The position numbers were made by a program, and so were the translations under genes. This document shows, in pieces, positions 1-7,036 of a DNA stretch of 12,939 nt (positions within the stretch are counted from its first letter, which is position 1; each line of letters begins with the position of its first letter). The notes under the pieces are model-generated. The model made no database searches. It saw only the letters and a program-made list of their open reading frames with translations, and had not been told where the DNA came from. The stretch spans positions 1 through 12,939 of the forward strand of contig CAZHPN010000041.1 of assembly GCA_964534375.1 (NCBI GenBank), written 5' to 3'. This stretch comes from an uncultured bacterium. Lineage in GTDB: Bacteria; Lernaellota; Lernaellaia; Lernaellales; Lernaellaceae.

Positions 1-246
1 GCGATGGTCGTCGCCAAGGGGCCGATGATCGACGAGGGCGATCTGTCGTTCCCCTCGGCCGCCGAGGAAGAGCCGGCGCCGGAGCGCGCGCTGCTGTCGC
101 TGAAGGACCTGGAGAAAATTCACATTCAAAAAGTGCTCGAAAGCCTGGATTGGAACATTTCCCGCGCCGCCGACGTGCTCGAGATCGACCGCGTCACGCT
201 GTACAACAAGATCAAGAAATACGGTTTGCGCGATCTGGAAGAATAA
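1..246 (+). CDS. Sigma54-dependent (NtrC/Fis-family) transcriptional regulator, C-terminal part; 5' truncated by window edge
   Basis: Frame is open from base 1. AMVVAKGPMIDEGDL resembles the end of the AAA+ domain, and SLKDLEKIHIQKVLESLDWNISRAADVLEIDRVTLYNKIKKYGL is a classic Fis-type HTH. Stop TAA at 244-246. Confidence 0.93.
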   Translation, partial: AMVVAKGPMIDEGDLSFPSAAEEEPAPERALLSLKDLEKIHIQKVLESLDWNISRAADVLEIDRVTLYNKIKKYGLRDLEE

Positions 247-252
247 GGCCGG

Positions 253-792
253 ATGCCCTGCATTTATCTCATGCCGGCCGGCGGCGTCGGCGCTTCGGTC
301 CTGGAGGCGGTCGCGCCGGCCGTCGCCCGCACCTTCCTGCTCGACGTGCAGATCGGGCCGCGCCTCGCCGACATCGGGTTCGCCTACGACGGCGTCCGCA
401 GTCAATATCACGTTTCCAAGCTGCTGCTCGAACTGATCAAGAACCCGCCGCCGGACGCCGCGAAAATCCTCGGCGTCGCCGACGTCGATCTCTTCCTGCC
501 CATCTTCACTTTTGTCTTCGGCCAGGCGCAGCTCAACGGTTTGGGCGCGATCTTCTCGGCGCATCGCCTGCGCCACGAGTTTTACGGTCTGCCTCCGGAA
601 CCCGTCGTGTTCGCCGAACGCCTGCGCAAGGAAGCCGTGCATGAACTCGGCCACGCCTTCGGCCTGGTCCACTGCCTCGATCCGGCTTGCGTGATGCGTT
701 CCTCGACCTACGTCGAAGACGTCGACTTCAAAGGGCTGGAGTTCTGCTATACCTGCCGGCGGCAGCTCAACGAACGGTTGAAATCGCGGTAA
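253..792 (+). CDS. amzA: Archaemetzincin-family Zn metalloprotease (peptidase M54)
   Basis: Zinc motif HELGHAFGLVH (HExxHxxGxxH) followed by C-x4-C-V-M (Met-turn) and a distal CxxC (FCYTC), the archaemetzincin Cys4 site. Also DVDLFLPIFTFVFGQA and ERLRKEAVHE. Starts 6 bp after the regulator stop, with AAGG upstream. Confidence 0.92.
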   Translation: MPCIYLMPAGGVGASVLEAVAPAVARTFLLDVQIGPRLADIGFAYDGVRSQYHVSKLLLELIKNPPPDAAKILGVADVDLFLPIFTFVFGQAQLNGLGAIFSAHRLRHEFYGLPPEPVVFAERLRKEAVHELGHAFGLVHCLDPACVMRSSTYVEDVDFKGLEFCYTCRRQLNERLKSR

Positions 793-834
793 CGAGACCG
801 GAACCGCGAAGGAAATGAATGAACTGGTCTAAAC

Positions 835-861
835 CGCGAATGCACGCGAATGCACGCGAAT
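835..861. repeat. 10-bp tandem repeat (CGCGAATGCA)x2.7
   Basis: cgcgaatgca cgcgaatgca cgcgaat read directly. The lead-in AACCGCGAA (832-840) also occurs at 802-810. Confidence 0.85.
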
Positions 862-897
862 AAGAGCCGGCAGACGCATGCCCAGCCGCGATCGTTC

Positions 898-943
898 ACA
901 CGGCGTTGAATCCGTTCGGCATAAACAGGCGCCGTGTTTTGTT
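898..943 (+). terminator. Possible terminator-like stem-loop for the + strand genes
   Basis: ACACGGCG (898-905) pairs with CGCCGTGT (930-937), extendable by G-U pairs, and is followed by TTTGTT. The loop is long (~20 nt), so this is not a canonical terminator. Confidence 0.35.
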
Positions 944-1017
944 AAAGCATTCTCTATATTTGTTCACGACCGTTCACAAAAATCCAAAACCTAGGCGCAT
1001 GAACAATATCCAATTAG

Positions 1018-1047
1018 AAAAAGGGGGCGGGCCGAAGCCCACCCCCT
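1018..1047 (-). terminator. Rho-independent terminator of the minus-strand gene string
   Basis: Minus strand reads AGGGGGTGGGC-TTCG-GCCCGCCCCCT-TTTT: an 11-bp stem with a cUUCGg tetraloop and a U-tract. One pair works as U-G only on the minus strand. Confidence 0.9.
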
Positions 1048-1069
1048 AAGAACCGACGTTGCGCAGGCG

Positions 1070-1174
1070 TCAGTGATCCACGTCCGGGAAGTCGGGCAAG
1101 CGGTACAGCACCGGCATGCGGTTGACGATCCATTTGGGGAAGCGGCTGATGCGCCGGCAAGGTATGTCCGCCAT
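1070..1174 (-). CDS. Small ORF (34 aa, MADIPCRRISRFPKWIVNRMPVLYRLPDFPDVDH), or 3' remnant of a truncated gene
   Basis: 29 of 33 non-start codons end in G/C, and the stop lies ~22 nt before the terminator. No clear Shine-Dalgarno, so the start is uncertain. Confidence 0.4.
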   Translation of the reverse strand: MADIPCRRISRFPKWIVNRMPVLYRLPDFPDVDH

Positions 1175-1376
1175 GGTTAGCCGCGCTGCTACGCGCCGCG
1201 GCAACGGAAGCGGAACACATAATTCGACGCTGGTTTGCCCCATTCCGATTATCTGCGCCTTAATTCGAGCGTTTACGCTAGGCGGTTCCGGCCCTCGGCT
1301 CTGGCTGGCAGACTTCGTTCGCGATGGCGTGTGGTCCATTGCCTTGAGAGGCGCAACCGCAACCAACGTTCCGATA

Positions 1377-2174
1377 TCATTCTGGCGCATCGCAGACCGC
1401 CTCGCCTCCTCCACACTGGCCTTCCGCTTGTTGACAGTCTTGGCCTGCGATCCATGTGCCTTGGTTGATCGCGCAAGCAATCGCCGAGTATCCGTCCCAA
1501 CATTCGTCGCCTTTTACGCAACAAGCGCCGTTCACGGCCCAACCGCACGGGTTCGATTCGCAGACACCGTTGACCGGCGCAAAGATCTTGAGATACGCTT
1601 GCAGTGCAGCGCACTCCACCAAGGAAGCGTCAATACAGCCGCCGACGCTGCAACAGGCGACGGCGGTTCCCCACTCGCACGGGTTGCTCGCGCAAGTCGC
1701 GCCGGCATGCCAGGTCGTCGATCCCGCGGTCAAAATACCAAAGTCACAGCCGCCGTTGTTGCAATCAGTTTCCGTGTCCTGGCAACAGAAGCCAAACGCA
1801 TCGCAGCAAGCCCCCCAGCTATCATCGTTGTCATTGTCATTGTCATTGTCATCGTCGTTGTCGTTGTCGTCGTTATCGTCATCGTCGTCGGCCGGGACCT
1901 GCGCGCAGCAGTAGTTATCGCAAACCCAACCTTCGCCAAGCGTATTGATGCACGTCGCCGAATTTTGGCAAGGAAGAGCGCAATCGCACTGCGTCGAATC
2001 GTCGTTGTCGTCGTTGTTGTCATCGTCGTCATCATCGTCGTTTGTCTTTTGATACGCCTTGCTTTGCGAATGAGAAAGATCGACGCAGGAGGCTCCAAGC
2101 AACAACACAGCTAGGAGCCCGAGGGCCGTGATGACGACTGCCGTTCGCCCTTGGCTCGAATTTCTTCCCCACAT
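1377..2174 (-). CDS. Asp-rich/Cys-rich lipoprotein (265 aa) with three GACC-type Cys modules
   Basis: GGGGTG RBS-like motif upstream. Hydrophobic signal ending LLLGAS|C, two poly-D/N linkers flanking a 6-Cys module, then WGACC..., AVACC... and NGACC... repeats. Confidence 0.85.
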   Translation of the reverse strand: MWGRNSSQGRTAVVITALGLLAVLLLGASCVDLSHSQSKAYQKTNDDDDDDDNNDDNDDSTQCDCALPCQNSATCINTLGEGWVCDNYCCAQVPADDDDDNDDNDNDDDNDNDNDNDDSWGACCDAFGFCCQDTETDCNNGGCDFGILTAGSTTWHAGATCASNPCEWGTAVACCSVGGCIDASLVECAALQAYLKIFAPVNGVCESNPCGWAVNGACCVKGDECWDGYSAIACAINQGTWIAGQDCQQAEGQCGGGEAVCDAPE

Positions 2175-2224
2175 GAATCACACCCCACCGCACGGTTTAG
2201 GCCTTCGCGTCGTGTCGCGAGCCG

Positions 2225-5200
2225 CTAGGGGCCGTAGTACAGGATCGTCCCGCCGTCGCCCACGGCGAAAACATCGGACGGCGACGTTCCCCAGACGCAA
2301 TACAAGAATTCCGACGTGCCGCTGATCATCGCCGACCAGGATGAGCCGTTGTAATGGATGATCGTGCCGGAGTTACCAACGGCGAACACGTCCGATCCGG
2401 AACTTCCCCAAATAAACTGCATCCACTGAGTCGTGCCGCTCGACATCGTCGTCCACGAGGAACCGTTGTAGTGCAAAATCTCGCCGGATCCGCTGGGATT
2501 TGCCATAGTGCCGACCGCAGAGAATACGTTCGACGAAGAGGTCCCCCATAGGTTGTTGGACTCCACTCCTGTGCCACTCGACATCTCCGACCAGGATGTT
2601 CCGTCGTAGTGATATAATGCGGTCGAGCCAGCGACGAACACGTCTGAGGGAGCGCTTCCCCAAACGCCGTTTAAATTCGCCGGCTGGAGAGACGTCATCA
2701 TCCACCACGTCGAGCCGTTATAGTTCCAAATATCGGCGCCTGCAGACGTATTTCCGACTGCGAACACGTTCGAGTCAGAGCTTCCCCAGACACCGTTGGA
2801 TTCGTATCCGGTTTCTGTTGCCATCGTCGACCACGAGGAGCCGTCGTAGTGATGAAACCCTCCGCTGCCGTCGACCGTGAACACATCCGAGGCGGTGAAT
2901 CCCCATACGCCGGTCAGACCCGCGTTCGTCCCGCTCGTCATCGAAGTCCACGAGGAGGCTTTGTATTGCAGGATCGTGCCCGAGTCGCCGACAGCAAACA
3001 CTTCCGAGTCAGCGCTTCCCCAAACGCCGTGCAAATTCGCCGACGTGCCGCTCGTCATCGGCGACCATGAAAGCGCGTGGCATTGCTGCGAGTCGCACAT
3101 TTTGCTTGCGCCGCAATTCACGCACGCCGCGCCGCCGCTGCCGCAGTTGACGCCCGTGGTTCCCCCATAGCAGGCGCCCCCGGCGCAGCAACCCGCCGCG
3201 CAATTGTTGGCATTGCACGTCTCGTCGCCGGTTGCGCCGCAAAGCACGAACGCGGTGCTTGGATCATCAACGCCAGCAGATTTCACGTCGCGCCACGTCG
3301 AGCCTAGTTCAAAACCGCCCGCAGGGTTGATTAGTTGGGCGTCGTTCGGCGCCGCTGCGGTCGAGCAATACGGGCCCCAGAAACCCCAGGAATCGGACGC
3401 GGCCGTCGCCGCACAGACAAGCCAATAGGTTCCCGCCGCCAGCGTCGGCGGCGACACGGGCGTAAACACGAAACTGGAGTCCCAGGTGTTGCCGGCATCC
3501 AAATCGTAGGTGGAGACAAGCTTAACGTTTGCGCCGGCGGGCGCCGAGGTTTCATACCACAGGGGCGTCCCGCCGCCGTTCGGGACGCCTGCTGGCACGC
3601 CGCTCGCATCCGCGTAGATCCAGCAATCAATGGTGGTCGCTGCCGCGAGCGTCGAGAACGATCCGCTGCTGTCGGCCCATCCGTCGCCCCAAATAGCTAA
3701 TCCCTGGACTTGCCAAGATTGGCCGCTCGGTACCACGAAATCATCGGCCGTGTAACTCGTGTAGCCCCTGGGGTCGGATGAAAAAACGACAGAAAGAATC
3801 GCGCTTGCGGTCGGGCCCGTATTGACATCGTTATGACCCAGCACTGCGGTGGCCCCACACAGGGGAACGCACAGGCCGTTTTGGCAGTAATCTGTCGCTA
3901 CGCACGGGAGGCAGTCCTCCCCGTTCGCGCCGCAAAACGCGGCGGCCGTGCCGGGCATGCACACGGCCCCGGCGCAACAACCGGTGGAGCAGGTCGTGGC
4001 GTTGCATTCGCATTGGCCGCCGGTGTCGGGGTTGGTGACGGCGCAGACCGCGCCCGGACCGCACGAAGCGCAGGCCGCGCCGCCCGCGCCGCAGACGTCG
4101 GCGGTCTGGTCGGCGTAAGAGGTGCAGGCCGAGCCGTTGCAGCAACCGGTCGGACAACTAATTGCGTTGCATGCATCGTTGTCATTGTTGTCATCGTCGT
4201 CGTTGTAGACGCTCGATTCCGTGCCGCACAGGGTGTAGGCAGTCGTGGTGTCCCCGCTGGAGAGGCCGAGTTCGCTGATCGGGATCCAGGTCGTGCCGAT
4301 GCCAAAGCCGCCCGGCGGGTTGATGATGTCTGCCGTGCCCACCTTCGCGGTCGACAAGAACGGACCCCACGGGCCAGGAGCGTACGTCGCCGACGCTGCG
4401 TTGCACTCGAGCCAGTACGTGCCGGCGGTGAGGGTCGGCGGGCTCGTGACCGCCATCGCGAAGCTCGACAGCCAGGTAGCGCCGCTGAGCGGGTCATACG
4501 TATCATAAAGCGTGATGGCCGCCGAATCCGGAGCACTCGACTGAGTCCAGGTCGGCGTCCCGGCGCCGCCCGGCGTTCCGCTCGGCTGGCCGGATGCATC
4601 CGCGTAAATGTAGCAACCGAGCGATGTCACGTTGGCCAACGTCGAGAACACGCCCGGAGGGGTCGTCGCGCTCCACGTCCAGCCGTCGCCCGGAATGTAC
4701 ACGGTGTCGATGGTCCAGGACGCGCCGGTCGGAACGACGAAGCTCTGGGCCACATACGCGGTCAGGCCCGAGCCGTCCGTCGCGAACGATTCGCAAATGA
4801 TCGAGCCGGCGTCAGACGACGGGTCGGGAGCGTTCGCCGCAAGTTGCGTGTCGCTTCCGCAAGTGAAGGCCGAATCGTCGTTGTCGTCGTTGTCGTCGTT
4901 GTCGTCGTTGTCGTCGTCGTTGTCGTCGTTGTCGTCGTTGTCGTCGTCGTCGTCGACGGTGTCGTCGTCAACCGGCGGCGAGGTGTCGTCGTCAACCGGC
5001 GGCGAAGTGTCGTCGTTGTCGTCGCTGTCGTCGTTGTCGTCGTCGTCGTCGTCGGTCGGCGAGGTGTCGTCGTCGACGGTGGGCGACACGTCGTCATCGT
5101 CGTCGTCCGTCGAGACGTCGTCGTCGTTGTCGTCATCATCGTCTGTCTTTTGATACGCCTTGCTTTGCGAGTGGGAAAGATCGAGGCACGAGGCGCCAAA

Positions 5201-5275
5201 AGCCAACACAGCCAAGAGCCCGATGGTCGTGATGACAACTGCCTTTCGCGTTTCGTTCGACCTATTGCCTGACAC
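2225..5275 (-). CDS. Large modular surface lipoprotein (~1016 aa): Asp-rich stalk, two ~200-aa repeated beta-rich domains, three Cys-rich modules, C-terminal 7-blade beta-propeller
   Basis: Start reassigned to GTG at 5275, preceded by GGAGG just after the upstream stop. Lipobox AFGAS|C. Repeated domains at ~4213-4870 and ~3228-3866 (FVVPxGxSW...IxGDGW...STLA...YADASGxPxGxP...PPTLxAGTYWLxC...INPxGGF). Seven xWxxMxSG...GVWGS..SxVFAVG...HYxG blades at ~2228-3070. Confidence 0.9.
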   Translation of the reverse strand: MSGNRSNETRKAVVITTIGLLAVLAFGASCLDLSHSQSKAYQKTDDDDDNDDDVSTDDDDDDVSPTVDDDTSPTDDDDDDNDDSDDNDDTSPPVDDDTSPPVDDDTVDDDDDNDDNDDNDDDNDDNDDNDDNDDSAFTCGSDTQLAANAPDPSSDAGSIICESFATDGSGLTAYVAQSFVVPTGASWTIDTVYIPGDGWTWSATTPPGVFSTLANVTSLGCYIYADASGQPSGTPGGAGTPTWTQSSAPDSAAITLYDTYDPLSGATWLSSFAMAVTSPPTLTAGTYWLECNAASATYAPGPWGPFLSTAKVGTADIINPPGGFGIGTTWIPISELGLSSGDTTTAYTLCGTESSVYNDDDDNNDNDACNAISCPTGCCNGSACTSYADQTADVCGAGGAACASCGPGAVCAVTNPDTGGQCECNATTCSTGCCAGAVCMPGTAAAFCGANGEDCLPCVATDYCQNGLCVPLCGATAVLGHNDVNTGPTASAILSVVFSSDPRGYTSYTADDFVVPSGQSWQVQGLAIWGDGWADSSGSFSTLAAATTIDCWIYADASGVPAGVPNGGGTPLWYETSAPAGANVKLVSTYDLDAGNTWDSSFVFTPVSPPTLAAGTYWLVCAATAASDSWGFWGPYCSTAAAPNDAQLINPAGGFELGSTWRDVKSAGVDDPSTAFVLCGATGDETCNANNCAAGCCAGGACYGGTTGVNCGSGGAACVNCGASKMCDSQQCHALSWSPMTSGTSANLHGVWGSADSEVFAVGDSGTILQYKASSWTSMTSGTNAGLTGVWGFTASDVFTVDGSGGFHHYDGSSWSTMATETGYESNGVWGSSDSNVFAVGNTSAGADIWNYNGSTWWMMTSLQPANLNGVWGSAPSDVFVAGSTALYHYDGTSWSEMSSGTGVESNNLWGTSSSNVFSAVGTMANPSGSGEILHYNGSSWTTMSSGTTQWMQFIWGSSGSDVFAVGNSGTIIHYNGSSWSAMISGTSEFLYCVWGTSPSDVFAVGDGGTILYYGP
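4875..5141. repeat. Low-complexity in-frame repeats (GAC/AAC 3- and 9-bp units; DDDTSP[P/T] units) encoding the poly-Asp stalk
   Basis: (tcgtcgttg)n at 4875-4940 and repeated gtcgtcgtcaaccggcggcga units. Similar tracts at ~1821-1890, ~1998-2040, ~4174-4205 and ~6781-6886. Confidence 0.9.
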
Positions 5276-5285
5276 GCCGCCCTCC

Positions 5286-6503
5286 CTACCAAGCGATGGC
5301 CAAAGCAAGATGCTGTCGACCAGCCGCTGGCCCATAGATAAACGCCGCCTTAATGTCTCTGTCGCTGTAGACGAACAGTGGAATTGCCGCGATCAACGAG
5401 GCCCCGCCGATACTGAAGGCCGCCCCGAGAACGGCTTCGTCCGTAGGCACATCACGAGCCGCGGCATTCGCAACCTTCTTGGACGGCGTGTTCTTAAACA
5501 ACTGGTAATTATACGCCAGTACGGCAGAAAACCCGATGCCGGTCCCGATGCCGGCGATGGCAATGCCCGTGCAGGCCCAGGCTGCCGCGCGCATCGATTG
5601 ACGCGACGATGCAGGTTGAGGGCCTTTTGCCGTCGGGACCGTACCCGACCCGTCGGCTGGCGGCGCCGCAAGGGCGGCCACCCTTGCAGAAACCGAGTCT
5701 TGGTCCGCGGGTGGCTGCGCAGCGCTCGTCGCGCCGGCCAACACGGCCATCACCCGCGTCGTTTCGCCCTCGCTGATCTCAACCCAATCAGACCACAATT
5801 TATCTCCCGCGCGAATCTCAACCCGGCGACGGCCAAGGGCAACCTTGAATTTGCCGGGCGAGCGCCCCACTTCAACCCCGTCCACCCAGACTTCGGCCTC
5901 GATGGCATTGCCGTTGCCGTCCTGAGCGGAAACAGAAAATGCGCCGCTTGCGGCCGGCGTCACTGGAACCGTTCCGGTTTCCGGCGCGGCCTCGGCGGCC
6001 GGGGCTCGGGCGAGGATCTTGTCGAAAAGCACCGCCTCGGCGTCCCGAAATGCCTCTTCCAAATCCCGGCGTGTCGCCCCTTCCGCGGGCTCGGCGGCGA
6101 GCTGCTCCCCGCGGCCAACGTCAATTGCCCGGAGCTTCGCTCCGAACCGCCCGGCGGCCCCAGCAATTTCACCGGTGATGATAAATTGCGCGCCGATTCG
6201 CCGTCCCATTTCGACCTCGCAAGCCAGCACCCCGCCGCACTTGCTCACGTCGGCCCCATCGGGCGCTCTTCCGACGATCTCCTGCCGCGACATGACGGAA
6301 AACCCGCGCGCGCCCAACGTCGAGACGGCGGCGTCGCGAATCTCGTCAGTCAGCACACGGCCGTCCTCGTCGCCGCCCCCCGCCCCACGCGACAGATCCA
6401 GCACCGCGACCTTCGATGCGGCCGCGGCCGTCGCCACGAGTACCGCGGAAAACATGAGAGTCGCAACAACAACGAAACCGCATTTTCTCATTTCGATCCG
6501 CAT
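5286..6503 (-). CDS. Secreted PEGA-domain protein (~405 aa) with N-terminal CsgG/TolB-N/DUF2380-like alpha/beta domain and hydrophobic C-terminus
   Basis: Start reassigned to ATG 6503 (GGAGG upstream; TTG 6509 is an alternative). Signal peptide ...FSAVLVATAAAA, then KVAVLDL...GFSVMSRQEI...C...CEVEMGRRIGAQFIITGEI. PEGA-like AEVWVDGVEVGRSPGKFKVALGRRRVEI, two Gly-rich hydrophobic segments, and a final alternating strand ending in W. Confidence 0.82.
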   Translation of the reverse strand: MRIEMRKCGFVVVATLMFSAVLVATAAAASKVAVLDLSRGAGGGDEDGRVLTDEIRDAAVSTLGARGFSVMSRQEIVGRAPDGADVSKCGGVLACEVEMGRRIGAQFIITGEIAGAAGRFGAKLRAIDVGRGEQLAAEPAEGATRRDLEEAFRDAEAVLFDKILARAPAAEAAPETGTVPVTPAASGAFSVSAQDGNGNAIEAEVWVDGVEVGRSPGKFKVALGRRRVEIRAGDKLWSDWVEISEGETTRVMAVLAGATSAAQPPADQDSVSARVAALAAPPADGSGTVPTAKGPQPASSRQSMRAAAWACTGIAIAGIGTGIGFSAVLAYNYQLFKNTPSKKVANAAARDVPTDEAVLGAAFSIGGASLIAAIPLFVYSDRDIKAAFIYGPAAGRQHLALAIAW

Positions 6504-6519
6504 TCCCAATTGTCCTCCG

Positions 6520-6984
6520 TCAAACACATTTTCCGGTTTTACAATGCGTGCCCCCACCGCACGCCACGCACGGCGCCCCGTCCGTGCCGCAGGAATCGTC
6601 GTTCGGCGAAGATACGCACGTCGTGCCGCCGCAACATCCGGCGGAGCAATTCGTACAGCGTGGACTGGGGTCATCCTCGCATTTCTTGCCTTCATGCCAA
6701 GGGAACGATCCGCACCCTTCTTTCTCCGTGTCGCTGCAAGAGGCCAACGCGCAGCAAGCGCCGGTCGGCGGCGGGGTGCTGTTGTCGTCATCATCATTGT
6801 GGTCGTTGTCGTCGTCCGGTTTATGGCTGTCGTCGTCGTCCGGTTTGTGGCTGTCGTCATCGTCGTCCGGCGAGGTGTCGTCGTCGGCGAGAATTCCGGA
6901 ACCGCCGTCCCCAAGGCAAGCGGCCAGCGAAAGCAGCGCGATGGTCAAAAGCATCAGTAACGCCCCCAAGAAAACTTTTTTCAT
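6520..6984 (-). CDS. Small Asp-rich/Cys-rich lipoprotein (154 aa)
   Basis: Start reassigned to ATG 6984 with AGGAG 7 nt upstream. MKKVFLGALLMLLTIALLSLAA|C lipoprotein signal, a DDDTSPDDDDDSHKPDDDDSHKP linker and two Cys modules. Confidence 0.88.
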   Translation of the reverse strand: MKKVFLGALLMLLTIALLSLAACLGDGGSGILADDDTSPDDDDDSHKPDDDDSHKPDDDNDHNDDDDNSTPPPTGACCALASCSDTEKEGCGSFPWHEGKKCEDDPSPRCTNCSAGCCGGTTCVSSPNDDSCGTDGAPCVACGGGTHCKTGKCV

Positions 6985-7036
6985 CGCCTTACTCCTGGAC
7001 TTCCGGCTCTGGCCCGCGCTTTCCGCGCGGCCGCAA

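Noticed and set aside
1175..1245. GGGGCAAACC on the minus strand, reminiscent of a c-di-GMP-I riboswitch 5' end
   Set aside because: The required GNRA-capped P2 stem and the following GACGCAAAGC-like segment are absent. An Infernal/Rfam scan would settle it.
1220..1268. TAATTCGA direct repeat at 1220 and 1261 as a target-site duplication
   Set aside because: Only 8 bp, with no inverted repeats or mobile-element features between the copies.
2043..5170. Duplicated segments as DGR template/variable repeats
   Set aside because: Differences are not adenine-specific, both copies are coding N-termini, and no reverse transcriptase is present in the window.
5276..5335. Listed ATG start of the 1036-aa ORF; likewise the 6985-7140 extension of the small lipoprotein
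   Set aside because: Both overlap upstream genes. RBS-supported starts at 5275 (GTG) and 6984 (ATG) give proper lipoprotein signal peptides.
6504..6914. N-terminal 137 aa of the listed 542-aa ORF
   Set aside because: Overlaps the 154-aa lipoprotein in another frame (poly-Thr is the shifted Asp tract). The RBS and signal peptide point to a start at ~6503.
7011..7032. GC hairpin (CCGCGC-GGAAA-GCGCGG on the minus strand) between the DUF4384 gene and the small lipoprotein
   Set aside because: No U-tract, so it is not called a terminator. It may be an mRNA-stabilising stem or chance in GC-rich DNA.
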